Below are positions 10,993-22,900 of a stretch of DNA of 64,000 nucleotides, piece by piece (position 1 is the stretch's first letter; the number at the start of each line of letters is the position of its first letter). Under the pieces are notes generated by a model, which ran no database searches, had not been told where the DNA came from, and saw nothing but the letters and a program-made list of their open reading frames with translations. Where the stretch lies: IMG/VR virus record IMGVR_UViG_3300044623_001092. One strand, given 5' to 3'. The position numbers were made by a program, and so were the translations under genes. Origin of the DNA: a virus.

Positions 10993-12411
10993 TTACTCAG
11001 GTTTTTCTTTGTTATCTTTGTTATCTTTGTTATCATTACTTTTTTGATTCAATTTACGTTTCTCCATCAAATCTTTAATTCTCTGTCTATTTTGTTCTTC
11101 TTTTTGTTCTTCAAGACCTAAGAATGTAACTGATGACTCTGTATCAATTTCTAACATTCCGTTATCAAATTTACAGTTCTCAAACACAACCCCATCATCA
11201 CCGATACGAGACTTAGTAATCGCAATAGTTGCTAATTTCATCTCTTTTTGTTGTAAAGTTTTAGCAACTGAGATAATAACGTGACCTACTTGTGCTTTCT
11301 TAATCGAACCACCCATTTGGTCAGTAGTAACAACCTCAGATGAGATTGAACTTCTATTACCTTGAGTTGCGGTCCAACCAACTAAATCAAGTTCGTGACA
11401 CATAGCCTCAAATGACCTCATCACAGACCCCTCAGATTTCCATTCATCACTATGTTGTCTATCAGGTATAACACAGTCAATGTAATCCAAAAGAACCATA
11501 TCAACTTTATTACCATCAGCAATCATTTTTCTGATTTGGTTTTTTATTTGGAACATTGATATTGTATCAGACGGTAATTTCGTTAGGATTAATTGGTTCT
11601 CCATTTTTTCCTTGATTTCCTTAACCGCAATCATAACTTCATCCTTTTTAGTTGATAAATCATCAGGGTGAACTTTTGTCCACAAAGTTATGTGTTTTCT
11701 TTGGATAATCTTAGGATTATCTTCAAAAAATATTTGAAGGACATTATAACCTAAATTAAATGCGTTATTCGCGATTTTAGTTAATAACGTAGATTTACCC
11801 ACACCTGTCGGTGCCAAAACAACACCAATTTCACCTTTAGCTAAACCACCCTTTAATAATCGGTCAATACCTGGTATTCCCATTGGTATAGGATGTCTAT
11901 AATCCTCATTTAAAACAGAATCTAAGTCAGAAAACACGTCTGACATACCACTTTCTCTTTGACCTACTTGTAAAGCCTCTCTAACTAATTGTTCAACTTT
12001 ATCATAGTTTTCGAACTCACCACCATCTATGATTTTTTGTGCTTTGTTCATCACTTTTTGAAGTTCTTGTTGTTTACAAAACTTCATTGCTTTATCCTGA
12101 ACAAAGTCCCCACCTTCAATAGGTGACTCTTTAATTTTTTTAATGGTATCAATAACCATTTTTGACGCCAATTCTTGTTGTAGTTCAGATTTTGTAATCT
12201 GTTCTAACGTATCATACGTTGGTGTATGCTCGTATTTAACGTAGTACTCTTTAATCATCTGCATGATTAATTTAAAGTACTTGTTTTCAAAGTAATTCAC
12301 CTCTATTACGTCAATAATAGACCTTGCAAATTCCTTATCAACAATAATTTGGTTTAATAACTGTAGTTGAAAACTACTTCCTAAATAATCAAAATTTTTC
12401 TTAGAACTCAT
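10993..12411 (-). CDS. Replicative DNA helicase, DnaB / T4 gp41-like
   Basis: Walker [15 protein letters not shown] Walker B, TATQGNR, KSRIG. Confidence 0.92.
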   Translation of the reverse strand: MSSKKNFDYLGSSFQLQLLNQIIVDKEFARSIIDVIEVNYFENKYFKLIMQMIKEYYVKYEHTPTYDTLEQITKSELQQELASKMVIDTIKKIKESPIEGGDFVQDKAMKFCKQQELQKVMNKAQKIIDGGEFENYDKVEQLVREALQVGQRESGMSDVFSDLDSVLNEDYRHPIPMGIPGIDRLLKGGLAKGEIGVVLAPTGVGKSTLLTKIANNAFNLGYNVLQIFFEDNPKIIQRKHITLWTKVHPDDLSTKKDEVMIAVKEIKEKMENQLILTKLPSDTISMFQIKNQIRKMIADGNKVDMVLLDYIDCVIPDRQHSDEWKSEGSVMRSFEAMCHELDLVGWTATQGNRSSISSEVVTTDQMGGSIKKAQVGHVIISVAKTLQQKEMKLATIAITKSRIGDDGVVFENCKFDNGMLEIDTESSVTFLGLEEQKEEQNRQRIKDLMEKRKLNQKSNDNKDNKDNKEKPE

Positions 12412-12440
12412 ATGTTTTTATATTGTATTAATCATAAATA

Positions 12441-12893
12441 TTAAACCTCAAGTGGAATTCCAAGATATTCGTAAGTTAAATTTTTAGATGAAAAAATGTC
12501 AGTCAAAGACATAAGTAAGTTTTTTAGGTGTGGGCGTACGTCCACAGTGTATCTTATCTTCGGAGGGTATATTTTAGCATCAAACTCTCTATGACAAATT
12601 GTCACGTCTCCCTCTTTAATATAGACACTAAAAGACTCAGGTCCATCAGTATATGATGTATCAAGTACTGAAGGGTTGTTCATAATTTCATACATGTTAT
12701 CCAACATATATGTTGCAGATTTCATCTTTAATTCTCGTTCCAAATCATTCTTGAAATCTTTAATTAGATTATACAAATCTATCGAGCCTTTCGCTTTCGG
12801 ATTATAATCTTTAATATTAAAAAGTCTTTGAACGATAATGTTGTTATTCACTTTCATTAAAAATTCCAATTTTGTTGCCGTTTGTTCTTTCAT
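12441..12893 (-). CDS. Hypothetical protein in the replication cluster
   Basis: 150-aa ORF, co-oriented and tightly packed; no motif recognised. Confidence 0.7.
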   Translation of the reverse strand: MKEQTATKLEFLMKVNNNIIVQRLFNIKDYNPKAKGSIDLYNLIKDFKNDLERELKMKSATYMLDNMYEIMNNPSVLDTSYTDGPESFSVYIKEGDVTICHREFDAKIYPPKIRYTVDVRPHLKNLLMSLTDIFSSKNLTYEYLGIPLEV

Positions 12894-12897
12894 ACTT

Positions 12898-13896
12898 TTA
12901 ATTTTTAAACTTTCTTTTTTCTTTTCTTGCTAATTTTAAATAGGGTGTCAAGAATTTCACCCATTCATTATCTCTCTTAGGTAGGTATTTGAATAAACCA
13001 TCTTCCATCATCATTTTCATCAGATTCTTGTACCCCCTACCTTCAGGGTCTAAAGTTTCTGAGTAATAAAGTTCTACAATTTCTTTTCCATCATCATTAA
13101 TTAAAGGGTTCGACAAATCAACTATTTTTTCATTAATAACAAAAAATTCATCACCAAATATACCATTTTTTGTTTTACCACTTAATAAATTTTTAAGTGC
13201 CGAGTTTTCTTTATCTTCTTTTAACATACCCTCAGCTCTTGTTAAAATATCGGAAACAGATACCACTTTTTCAAGTATCTCAGGAAATAATTTGATAAAT
13301 GTTTTTTCACCTAAGTAATATATACCGTCAATATTATCTGACTTATCACCCGATAGTATTTTATAGGTTGTAACGTTCTGATGAGGTATCTCAATGTTGT
13401 CAATTTTGATTTTATCCCCATTCTTATAGACTTTCTTCTGTGATGGTGAATAGACACTCACTTTATCAGAGATAAGTTGTGTAAGGTCTTTATCATCAGA
13501 AAAAATAACTTTAGTTTCAGTTTCGGAAATATGACAATAATGAGCAATTAAATCATCGGCTTCATTATTAGGAATATCAATTTGTCTAACAAATGTTTCC
13601 TCTAAATATTGTTTGATTCGTTGTCTTTGTTGGTGATAAGATTCTTCGTTAAAGTTCTTGTAAACTCTACGGTTTTCTTTGTATTGAGGGTATATTAGTT
13701 TTCGAGATGAGGAATTATCTTCCCCATCCCAAAATACTACTACTTTATCAAAATTATGTTCTTCAATAAATTTTCTAATGGTGTTTAAAAAGTGCCAAAT
13801 TCCACCCACATGTCGTCCTTCATGGTAAAATTCTTTTACACCATGAAATCCAATTTTAAATAAATTATTCCCGTCAATTAATAGGGTTTTTGTCAT
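12898..13896 (-). CDS. 5'-3' exonuclease / flap endonuclease (Pol I N-terminal domain, T4 RNase H-like)
   Basis: LLIDGNNL, YKENR, EADDLIA, DKDLTQL, GDKSDNIDGI, GEKT motifs. Confidence 0.93.
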   Translation of the reverse strand: MTKTLLIDGNNLFKIGFHGVKEFYHEGRHVGGIWHFLNTIRKFIEEHNFDKVVVFWDGEDNSSSRKLIYPQYKENRRVYKNFNEESYHQQRQRIKQYLEETFVRQIDIPNNEADDLIAHYCHISETETKVIFSDDKDLTQLISDKVSVYSPSQKKVYKNGDKIKIDNIEIPHQNVTTYKILSGDKSDNIDGIYYLGEKTFIKLFPEILEKVVSVSDILTRAEGMLKEDKENSALKNLLSGKTKNGIFGDEFFVINEKIVDLSNPLINDDGKEIVELYYSETLDPEGRGYKNLMKMMMEDGLFKYLPKRDNEWVKFLTPYLKLARKEKRKFKN

Positions 13897-13921
13897 TTTT
13901 TACCATTAAATGGTTCTACAA

Positions 13922-14926
13922 TCAATCTTCGAATTCTTCTTCCGCTTCAGTAGATGCAAAAATTTCACTCAGTTTGAAGTCACCTTCACCACCTAATTTT
14001 TGATTCCAATATTCGGAAAATTCTTTTTTGTACTTGTCAATCTCGGTTTTATCGTCTTTGATATAACCTTGAGGAACTGCCAATATTTTACCATCTTTAT
14101 ATGATAACCCATTAACGTGGTTCTTCAATATTGAAATTTTTGTTCTCGTTGCGTAAACAACCGTTCTATTATTTTTAGTCGCGGTAATGTGATTAATACC
14201 CGCTTTCTTTTGATTACCAAATAAGAATACTAATGACGATGCTAACCATATAGCTTCACCACCTTTAGCCTTAATCTCAGGTTGTCCAAAAGGATTATCA
14301 GGTAATTCTACCCAAGGTTGATTAATAACCACCATACTCGCCCAATAAGGAACATCTTCTTTTTTAGTTTTAGATATTCTCGCTGAAATACCCATACCAA
14401 TTTTATCGGCAAAAGTTGCTGCGTTATGTTGTTTACCACCTTTACCATCAAATGTCATCTTACAAGGTATTGAACCCACAGAATCCCATAAAAAGATAAT
14501 GTTAAAAGGAATTTCACCTTTATCTTGAGCATCTAAAATATTATTGATAAATTCCGTTGCTTGTTCAATGTAATCAAAACTATCATTGAAGATAAAATGA
14601 CCGTCCCATTCTCCATCAGAGTTTTGTTCAGCCTGAAGTCCTAATTCAACCGCATGTTCCCAATTCCATTTTCTTTCAGTAATAATGAATACAGGTAAGT
14701 CACCTTGTTTTTGTGCGTTCGCCGCGGCCAAAATCATTGCAGTTGTTTTAGATGAGTTTGAGTGCCCTAAAAACATACTGATGTGTCCTTTACTTGGCCC
14801 TGGTATCCCACACGCTTCAGTAAACGCCTCACCACAATTGTAAAAACTCTCAGGTTTGTATTTTGTCTTAGTAGAATACTTTTCTTTAATAGTGTCTAAT
14901 GATATTTCTTTTTTCTTAATTGCCAT
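13922..14926 (-). CDS. RecA/UvsX-like recombinase
   Basis: Variant P-loop GHSNSSKTT, LWDSVGS Walker B, VVINQ, KGGEA, KNHV; adjacent to the SSB gene. Confidence 0.85.
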   Translation of the reverse strand: MAIKKKEISLDTIKEKYSTKTKYKPESFYNCGEAFTEACGIPGPSKGHISMFLGHSNSSKTTAMILAAANAQKQGDLPVFIITERKWNWEHAVELGLQAEQNSDGEWDGHFIFNDSFDYIEQATEFINNILDAQDKGEIPFNIIFLWDSVGSIPCKMTFDGKGGKQHNAATFADKIGMGISARISKTKKEDVPYWASMVVINQPWVELPDNPFGQPEIKAKGGEAIWLASSLVFLFGNQKKAGINHITATKNNRTVVYATRTKISILKNHVNGLSYKDGKILAVPQGYIKDDKTEIDKYKKEFSEYWNQKLGGEGDFKLSEIFASTEAEEEFED

Positions 14927-14954
14927 AAATAAATGTATTAATAAATTTTAAAAA

Positions 14955-14980
14955 GATAAACCCCAAATATGGGGTTTATC
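14955..14980 (-). terminator. Hairpin terminator after the SSB gene
   Basis: Perfect stem gataaacccca-aata-tggggtttatc, followed on the minus strand by a T run. Confidence 0.75.
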
Positions 14981-14994
14981 ATGAAATAATTCAA

Positions 14995-15861
14995 TTAGAA
15001 TGGTAAGTCTTCTTCAGGTTCGTCATTCACTTGAGAATCAACTAAAACTTCAGTCGTAACTTTAGTTTTTGACGCTCCACCGAATGTTTCTTCAGATGTG
15101 TCAGTATCACCGTAAGTGTACTTACCTAAAACAGTGTCCCATTTTGGTGTTTGACCATTAGCAATAGCTTCTAAGTACTCAACAGGTTTTTTAGAATAAA
15201 CGTCTCTCCAAGTTAATGAGTTATTAACCCACTCATTAGCAACGTCTTTATCCTCATGAACAGGTGCTGGGTCATCGTACATAACTGTTTGGATAACAGT
15301 ATACTCTTTTCCTTTAGGTGTCTTAGCCTTAGTTAATTCAAGGATAATGTCTCTACCGTTTTCAGGGTCAGTGATATCACCTTTAGCTCTCCAAATAGGA
15401 ATGATTTTGTCTAACACACCTTCATTTTTGTAGTTGTGTTTAAAACGCCAAAACTTAACACCATCTTCAGGTCTGTCTCTGTCGATAACTTTAATGATAT
15501 AAAATTTACGGGCTCTGTAATCACCTGCTAATTTTTTATCACTCTCTTTACCTGTTGACATCAACTCATCGTAAACTTCTGTTAGTGGGGAACGCTCATT
15601 GTCGTTTTTTCCTGGGTCGTACAATTTAAGGTATTGTCCGTCAACTTGAATTTCATGGAACCAAGCTTCAACGAATGGTGAACCACCATCAGTAGCTGGT
15701 AAAATTCTCAGTCTTTTTTGACCTTGTTTTTCATTTTTTTCTAAGATAGCTGCGAAGTATCTTTTCATTCTGTCTTCTTGAGACATTTTTGGGGTAAAGT
15801 TACCCGTTTGTTGTGCTTTCTCGTACTGAGATAACACCGCGTCTAAACTGTTTGTCGCCAT
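14995..15861 (-). CDS. Single-stranded DNA-binding protein, T4 gp32-like
   Basis: LRILP...PF...FH, DITDPENGRDI, acidic C-terminus ending EEDLPF. Confidence 0.85.
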   Translation of the reverse strand: MATNSLDAVLSQYEKAQQTGNFTPKMSQEDRMKRYFAAILEKNEKQGQKRLRILPATDGGSPFVEAWFHEIQVDGQYLKLYDPGKNDNERSPLTEVYDELMSTGKESDKKLAGDYRARKFYIIKVIDRDRPEDGVKFWRFKHNYKNEGVLDKIIPIWRAKGDITDPENGRDIILELTKAKTPKGKEYTVIQTVMYDDPAPVHEDKDVANEWVNNSLTWRDVYSKKPVEYLEAIANGQTPKWDTVLGKYTYGDTDTSEETFGGASKTKVTTEVLVDSQVNDEPEEDLPF

Positions 15862-15887
15862 ATATGTTAATTTAAATTGTTTACTAA

Positions 15888-15916
15888 ATTATAATCTAAA
15901 AATTCTTGTCAGTCAA
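15888..15916 (-). promoter_or_regulatory. Sigma70-type promoter (TTGACT-N17-TATAAT) driving the SSB-RecA-exonuclease-helicase-RNR cluster
   Basis: Minus strand reads TTGACT gacaagaatttttagat TATAAT, 26 nt upstream of the SSB ATG. Confidence 0.85.
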
Positions 15917-15927
15917 TTATGTCAGTT

Positions 15928-15958
15928 AAAAAAAACGAGCCTAAACTCGTTTTTTTTT
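15928..15958. terminator. Intrinsic terminator separating the structural and replication transcripts
   Basis: aaaaaaacgag-cctaaa-ctcgttttttt. Confidence 0.7.
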
Positions 15959-16669
15959 TTATTGTATTCTTTTAAAGTTATCAGGTTCCTTACTATTCTC
16001 AAAATCTCTAAAAGATTTTTTTACATCACTTGGTGTGTAATCTTCAACATCGTCTTGAGTTAAAATATACTCTTCTTTTCCCTGTTTTTCAAATTTTTCT
16101 TGATTATCATCGAAATAATCACTTAATTTCTGATTGAAAGGTCCTGAATCTAAACTTCTTAGTTCCATTTTTTCTTCAGGTGATTTTGTTCTGTATTTCT
16201 CAATTTTTGCTTCTAAACTATTAAGTTTATCTACAATACTATCCATATCACCCAATCTTTCTTCAAGACTTGTTAATTGACCAAATAATTGTTCGAAATA
16301 TTCTTCTTGTTTTTTCTCAACATTTTTTTGAGATTTAACTAAGTCAGTTATTTCAAGTTCTTTATTATCTTTTCCTTTATCGTCAAGTTTCTCAACATCA
16401 GGGTCAGATGTAATATCAATTGGTTCTGCAATTGGGTCTCCACCCATAGCATCAGGAGCCGCTGGTGGAACCGCTCCCATAGCGTCAGGTGAGGGTAACG
16501 CTCCCGCATCAGGCGGAATTGCTCCCGCATCAGGTGGTGGAGGTAATGCTCCCTCATCAGGTGGTGGGGGTAATGCTCCCGCGTCTTGTTCTGTAATATA
16601 TCTATTAATTGAGTTATATCTTTTTAACTCATTTAAAATTTTAACATCTATTTTCATGCTCTTATCCAT
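15959..16669 (-). CDS. Hypothetical acidic protein with Pro-rich repeats and a coiled coil (possible scaffold or internal head protein)
   Basis: GALPPPPD-type repeats at about aa 30-75, then heptad-like LTSLEERLGDMDSIVDKLNSLEAKI. Confidence 0.6.
   Translation of the reverse strand: MDKSMKIDVKILNELKRYNSINRYITEQDAGALPPPPDEGALPPPPDAGAIPPDAGALPSPDAMGAVPPAAPDAMGGDPIAEPIDITSDPDVEKLDDKGKDNKELEITDLVKSQKNVEKKQEEYFEQLFGQLTSLEERLGDMDSIVDKLNSLEAKIEKYRTKSPEEKMELRSLDSGPFNQKLSDYFDDNQEKFEKQGKEEYILTQDDVEDYTPSDVKKSFRDFENSKEPDNFKRIQ
16440..16585 (-). repeat. Degenerate coding tandem repeat encoding GA(L/I/V)P(P)nDA
   Basis: About five units; recurring gctccc / atcagg elements in the DNA. Confidence 0.7.
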
Positions 16670-16886
16670 TTAATAATTGTTTAACTCCGTTATGTGTTTC
16701 AACCTGAACTCGTCTGTTTCTATTGATGGTGTTATCAACTCTCTCAATTAAACCATCTCTCATTCTAATTGTGTAACAATCACCAGTATCTAAATCACAA
16801 ACTTGTTTAGTACCGTCACCCATATCTTTTTCTGTAGTTTTAGTATTCTTACCTAAGTAATTATCTAATATTAGTTTAGTATTCAT
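16662..16886 (-). CDS. Small hypothetical protein
   Basis: 74 aa, has its own TATTTATA motif, overlaps the next gene by 8 nt. Confidence 0.65.
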   Translation of the reverse strand: MNTKLILDNYLGKNTKTTEKDMGDGTKQVCDLDTGDCYTIRMRDGLIERVDNTINRNRRVQVETHNGVKQLLNG

Positions 16887-16918
16887 AATATATCTTTCTA
16901 TATAAATATCGTCATTTT

Positions 16919-19900
16919 TTAATTAATCGCATTATATACGTCAATTGATTTTTTTACCTTATCTTCTAAGTTTTTCAACTTAGTTTTATCATAACTATTA
17001 TACACACTCATATCTTTCATCATAGGCCCCTTAATTGTTAAGTTATTAATAATTAAAAATTTTGCAATAGAGGATGCCGTCACCTCAACACTACCCATTC
17101 TTGATTTCCATCTACCAACAATAAATTTCAAATGATTATACAAGTCATTGAATACCGCATAGGGTAATATTGTACTATCATTCGCCGATGTCAAACAAAA
17201 AAATTGTTTATTACCTATAAAGTAAGTTTCTGAAGAACCCCAAGCACCATCAGATAATGTTACACCACCGTAGTTACTTTCATACGCAGTCATTTTAATA
17301 TCACCATTGGCCGATTCAACATATAAGGCCGCGAATACGACATACTGTAATACACTTCCATCAACACCATCCGATATTAAAACATTTTTAAGTTCATTTT
17401 TAACTTTAGAGAATGTTGAGTTATTCACGGTAGGGGTAATATCATGGAATTCATCATATGGTGCAACTGGTTTACATGTTTGTGGTTGTGTCAATTCTTT
17501 ATCACCACCACTAATCGCTTGTATTTTCTCTTGTTGTGATTTAGCAGTTCCATCAGCGTTTTTACTTTCCTTTTCTTTAGCCTCTTTATCCTTTTTATTA
17601 TTCTCAATAATACTTTTCAATAAGTTATTTTTCAATGTTTGGATATATCCATCAATCTTAGGTAAAGATGCCGTAGGTTGTCTAATACCTGTAATAATGG
17701 TTTCAAATGAACCTTGGGTAATTGAATGACTAACTGTTTGAATCATATATGGACCATTAAACATTGGTACATATCTTAAATTGAAATACATCGTCGGTTG
17801 TATTAACGCATTACCCATCATAGATACTGTACAGGTATAACTTCTATTCTTATATAAATTATACAAAGATAAACTTTGTGAACTACCACCTCTATTACCT
17901 GCTTGATTTGCCATTTGGTTAATCACCTCCAAAGATTCCACTGTTGATGAACTATTTTTTTGGTCAACCATAAACCCATAAAACATAGATTGATTTTGAG
18001 GCCCAATATCAACATTAAATCCAACAACCTTGTTAGACTTATCCCAATCTTTTTTACCGACTTGGTTTTCCACTAATGGATTATCAACACGTCTTAAATC
18101 AAACGCATCATTTCTGTATCTATAGTCAACGTTTTCTTTTAAATCCAATTGTTCAGATGGTTTACCCGCATAATAACAAACCATTTTAGGTCCCGATTCT
18201 CTATAATCAACATCCATAAATGTACCAAATAATGTATTTGCAAATTCTAAAGTACCTTCAGGTTTTGGTTTTGGGTTTTTACTAACGTCTTGTACATTAT
18301 AAAAATTCACATATGACGGTAAATTATGTACAACAAAATTGTTTTCCTGTAATATAGTTTGTACGAAAGATAACATACTAACTTTAGGGGAATCCAACAC
18401 GTTTTGTAATCTATTTTTTAATTTATATACGTCAACTAAAACTTTCTCCCCAATATTTCTACTAGCTCTATCCAATAACAATATATCTTCAAACAATGTT
18501 TTAACTTTAAAGTCATTACCCGATATCCACTTGTCATTTAATGATTTAAACGACTCCCAAAGTTCAATTTTTGATTGAGGTCCTTCCAAATCAGATACTA
18601 CTTGATTCTCAGGACTATTATTAACATTAGGTAATTTTTTATTTAAAGTTATCATGATATTATCAAAAACTTTATCTAAAAAATAATCTGTCTGTGTTAA
18701 ATAATCAGTCATTGACTGTAAAAACTTAGTGTTATTAAAGGTACTATCCTTTAATTTATTAGTCGCATAAATTTTAATTAATGGCGCCAAATCTTTAATA
18801 TTACTAATTTCAAATGAAACATTGTTATCAATAAAAAAGTCGGTAATATATGAACCATTATCATCATATTTTAATTTATCAATATTTGAGAAACCCACAT
18901 AAGTTTCAAGGGCTTTCCATTCATTAGGATAATTAGTTATTGATGTTACCAAATTTGTATTTGGTGGTAATGCGTTTGGTGTTACAATACTATAATCACC
19001 ATATTTGTATTGGTCTACAATATTTAAAAACGAAAATGTGTAAAAAAGTTTTTTATTGTAATTAGTTGGGTTACCAAATTTAATAATCTTTTTAGAATTC
19101 ATAAATTCAATAATTGTATTATTAAGATTTTCAACTTGTTTTAATTGTATATTTTCAATTAAATTTGTACTATTTGTACCAGTAGTTTTAGGGATTTTAG
19201 CTAAAGTTCTCATCATACTTTGGAAGTTGTGTGTAGGGTCCCCTTCCAAAGTATCGTAAATTGTTTTCGAATAATTTAAAAACTCTTGTTCAAGAATATC
19301 TAATACGTCTTTTTCAAAGACACTAAACATTTCACTAATATCGTCATAACCATTACTATCACCATTTATCGAAAAATTTTCTTGTGAAGATGTTAATCCT
19401 GTAAAAATTTCTTTTAAATATTGAGATGGTGTTGGTTTAATTAATTTATCAACATCAAAATATCCATAATTAGGTGCAGCCCAAAATGTTCTAACTGAAC
19501 CATTAAAAACCGCGGTATTACCCGTTACTTCAATTTTTTGTTCATTACCATTAAAACATTCTTGATATGTTTGATTAATTATAGAACCCTCAGAAGGCAT
19601 CAAATAGAAACTAGTATCATCTAAAGTTTTAACATATATTGACCAAGGTATTACTTTTAAATTTTTAGTATCCGCAGTACTAGTATTAAGTAAGTTAGTT
19701 GATTGATTAATTATAGCCCCATCAACGTAATTTAGAGTTAAACCTGACGCTATACCATATTGTATATCAGTTGACGTATATCCCGTATACAACATAAACC
19801 CTTGATAAAATACGTTAAAATCATTAAGTGTTTTAGGGTAAAATCCAACGTTTATTAATGATGAGGTATCAGTAAGGCCAGGTCCCATACTAATGGTTGT

Positions 19901-22900
19901 GTTTTTTTCCAATATAATATCAACATTACCACCACCAATTGTCAATGAGTATACTGTAGTTAATCCACTTGCAACAGGGTCATAATTTCCCGCATAATCA
20001 AAACTTTTCCAAGAATTATCTAAGATATCATTTCCCGTTTCAATATAGTTTTTATATCTATGCCAAATTGACCCATATTTTAATATCCAAGCATATGGTA
20101 CTCTATGAATAGCCCCAAATTTTTTCATAGTAGCAAAAATATAATCTAAATCAGTAGTAGAACCACCTGTATTTTTGGTTTTATATTTCTCCCTTAATGT
20201 CGCCAAAGGTAAACTATTTAAAAACAAATAAGCGGCCTCTTTATATGGGTATAAGTCAGAATTTCTAAAATTATCCACACCATTTTGGATTGCATTAACA
20301 AAATAAGGTGTGTTCATCATTGATACCGTTTGATTAGTATTAACATTCCCACTGTAATTTACGTATTTTAAATTACCTTCAGTAAAAAACTGTTTTTCAC
20401 TAGTTCTATCAGAATAATAATTTTTAACATCATTACTTTTAATACCATCCGAACTTTTTAAGAAATTACTAAAAGGTAAACAAACTGTTTTATCATCATC
20501 ACCACTTTTAAAGTTAGTAATTATTTTTTTACTTTTATTAAAGTTCAATACCTTGGTTGTATTAAACGCCACACTAGTATTTGCGATGGTTACACCATTT
20601 GCAAGATTTCCTTGTTCCCAATTTAAATCCGTAAATGGATATGTTTCAGTAAATGTCACAGAATTAGATGTTGTGGATGCTGATATATAATTAGTAATTA
20701 CAGGTTCAGTTTCTAATGAGATTGTTATATCTTTACCCGAAATTTCCGACATAATTTCAAATTGAGAATCATTAACATAGTTCTTTAAATAAACCGTATT
20801 GAATATCCCTCTAATATAGTTCTGCCAACTTAAACCAACTCCGTCATTTGATATATGTTTTAATGTTGGTATAATATTTCTCGAATTTAACGCATAATCT
20901 TTTAGTTTTAAAATTAAAAATGGATTACTATTAGATAATGATTTCAAGACATTGTTACTTTCAACGTCAGCAACAACTTGAGCAATACTATCAATTTCAC
21001 CCGTACCATAAACTCTACTTAATCGAGTATAATAAGTATAAATTAATAATCTTTCATATAATTCGTAGATAAATTTTACCTCTTCTTTATTACCAAAAAT
21101 CTCATTACTTGCAGGATATTCTATAGAATTTAATGTTATTCTTTGTGTTTGGGTTTCACCATTATTACCCGCCGTAGGGTCTGATGGTGGTGTTGTTCGT
21201 TCAACAAATCCTTTTATAAATTCCTCAACAAATTCAATTTCTGGCCACACATCAAATAAAAAACCTTTAGTTTTACTAACCACTTTAGAATCACCAGGAT
21301 ACTGTATTTCATATTTTTCATGACCATCTTCACCCGATGTCGAAACAATGTATTGTGGCCAAGGATAAACAGGTATATCACTACTCACATTAACATCTTT
21401 AGTATCAGGACTAGCGTTAGAAACATCTTTATCAAAGATAGCATCTTTTCTAATCTTATCATCCCTAACATTCCAAGCCTTAGTATGTACCTCATCTAAT
21501 AGACGTAAAAACGCTTCACCATTAGCAAAAATAACGGCTAACACATTTCGAATGTTAGGTGTAAACCCAATACCATTAGTTTTACTTACCAATAATTTTG
21601 ATAATGACTCTGTTAAAGCGGTCTCAATCTCTTCACGGATTACTTTTAAGTCTTTAGACATTTTACCCGTTAAATCCATAAAAGAATTAGAACCCTCAAA
21701 TTTAAACCATTCAGTTGGTAATATTTTAACATTATTAATGTTAACCTCATTTGTAACATTAAAAATACCAGCCTCTTTTAGTTCATTTTGAAAATTCTTA
21801 ATATCATCAGGTGATGGGTCAACTTTAACTTTTTTAACTTGTCTATATGTCGGAACATAATCAATTTCTGACGGTGTTATTGTTGCCGTAAAAATATTTT
21901 CAGTTATTCGGTTTTCAACTTGACATGTTTTACGGTTACCATCAATAGTATACCCACCATTTATTCCAACAGTTTTATTTTTATTTAATAAGTCATTATA
22001 CTCACCCAACTTACCAAATAATTCAGTTTTAGCGTTTTTTCGACTTTGTTCATCTGACAATTCTTTTTTAAAAGTATAAACTTTAGTTCCATCCTTTTTA
22101 ATTAAGAAATTGGTTCTATCCATATATTTATCAAACCAAGACCCTTTTCCATCCGATAAATATAAGAATATTTCTTTCTCATATTCATTCAAAGTACTCT
22201 GATAAGTATCAATATCGGTTATTGGGTCTAAATTAGCTTTAGTAAAAGAATCTAAAGTATTTTTAATAAAGTTTTCAATGTTATCCCTCATTTGTACAAT
22301 AGTTAACTCAGGAAAATCGTCAGGAATTAATCCTTTTGATTTATATTCATTGTACATTTCTTTCACTTTCTGATAACCTTTCTCAACAATAGCATTATCA
22401 ACGTTTGAAAAATTACTAGGTCCACCTTGTTGGGTTTGGACTTTTAATCTTGATTTATACATATGAGGTGTTGCAATAAGATACCCCATACTTATCTCAC
22501 CTAAAATAGTATATTTGTAAGTATAAAAATTTAAACTAATTTTAAAATTCCCATCACCTGAATCATATCGAGATGAAAAACTTTGTAACATTAACGCTAA
22601 TTTAACCGCTTTACCATAATAACCTTTAATAGTTAAATGGAATAATGGATAAGGTAAATTGAAGAATGCCGCGTATGGTGAATTATCCCCCGCTTCAAAT
22701 AACGCACGACCTTTAACGTCCTCTAATTGAATGTCTACTCGTGGCATAAATGAAAGGTCCTGATTAATACTAATACTTGTCATACCTAACAATCCATTGT
22801 CAGTTGCTCCTATATCACCATTAGATTTAGTTGTTTGTTTGATATACCAATCTTCTTTGTTTTTAGGATTAAAAATTTGTTTTTGTGTTGGTTGGTTAAT

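Noticed and set aside
10992-11036. N-terminal extension [11 protein letters not shown] of NrdB
   Set aside because: It is an alternative-frame reading of a 9-bp repeat encoding DNKDNKDNK at the helicase C-terminus; the real start is probably 10991.
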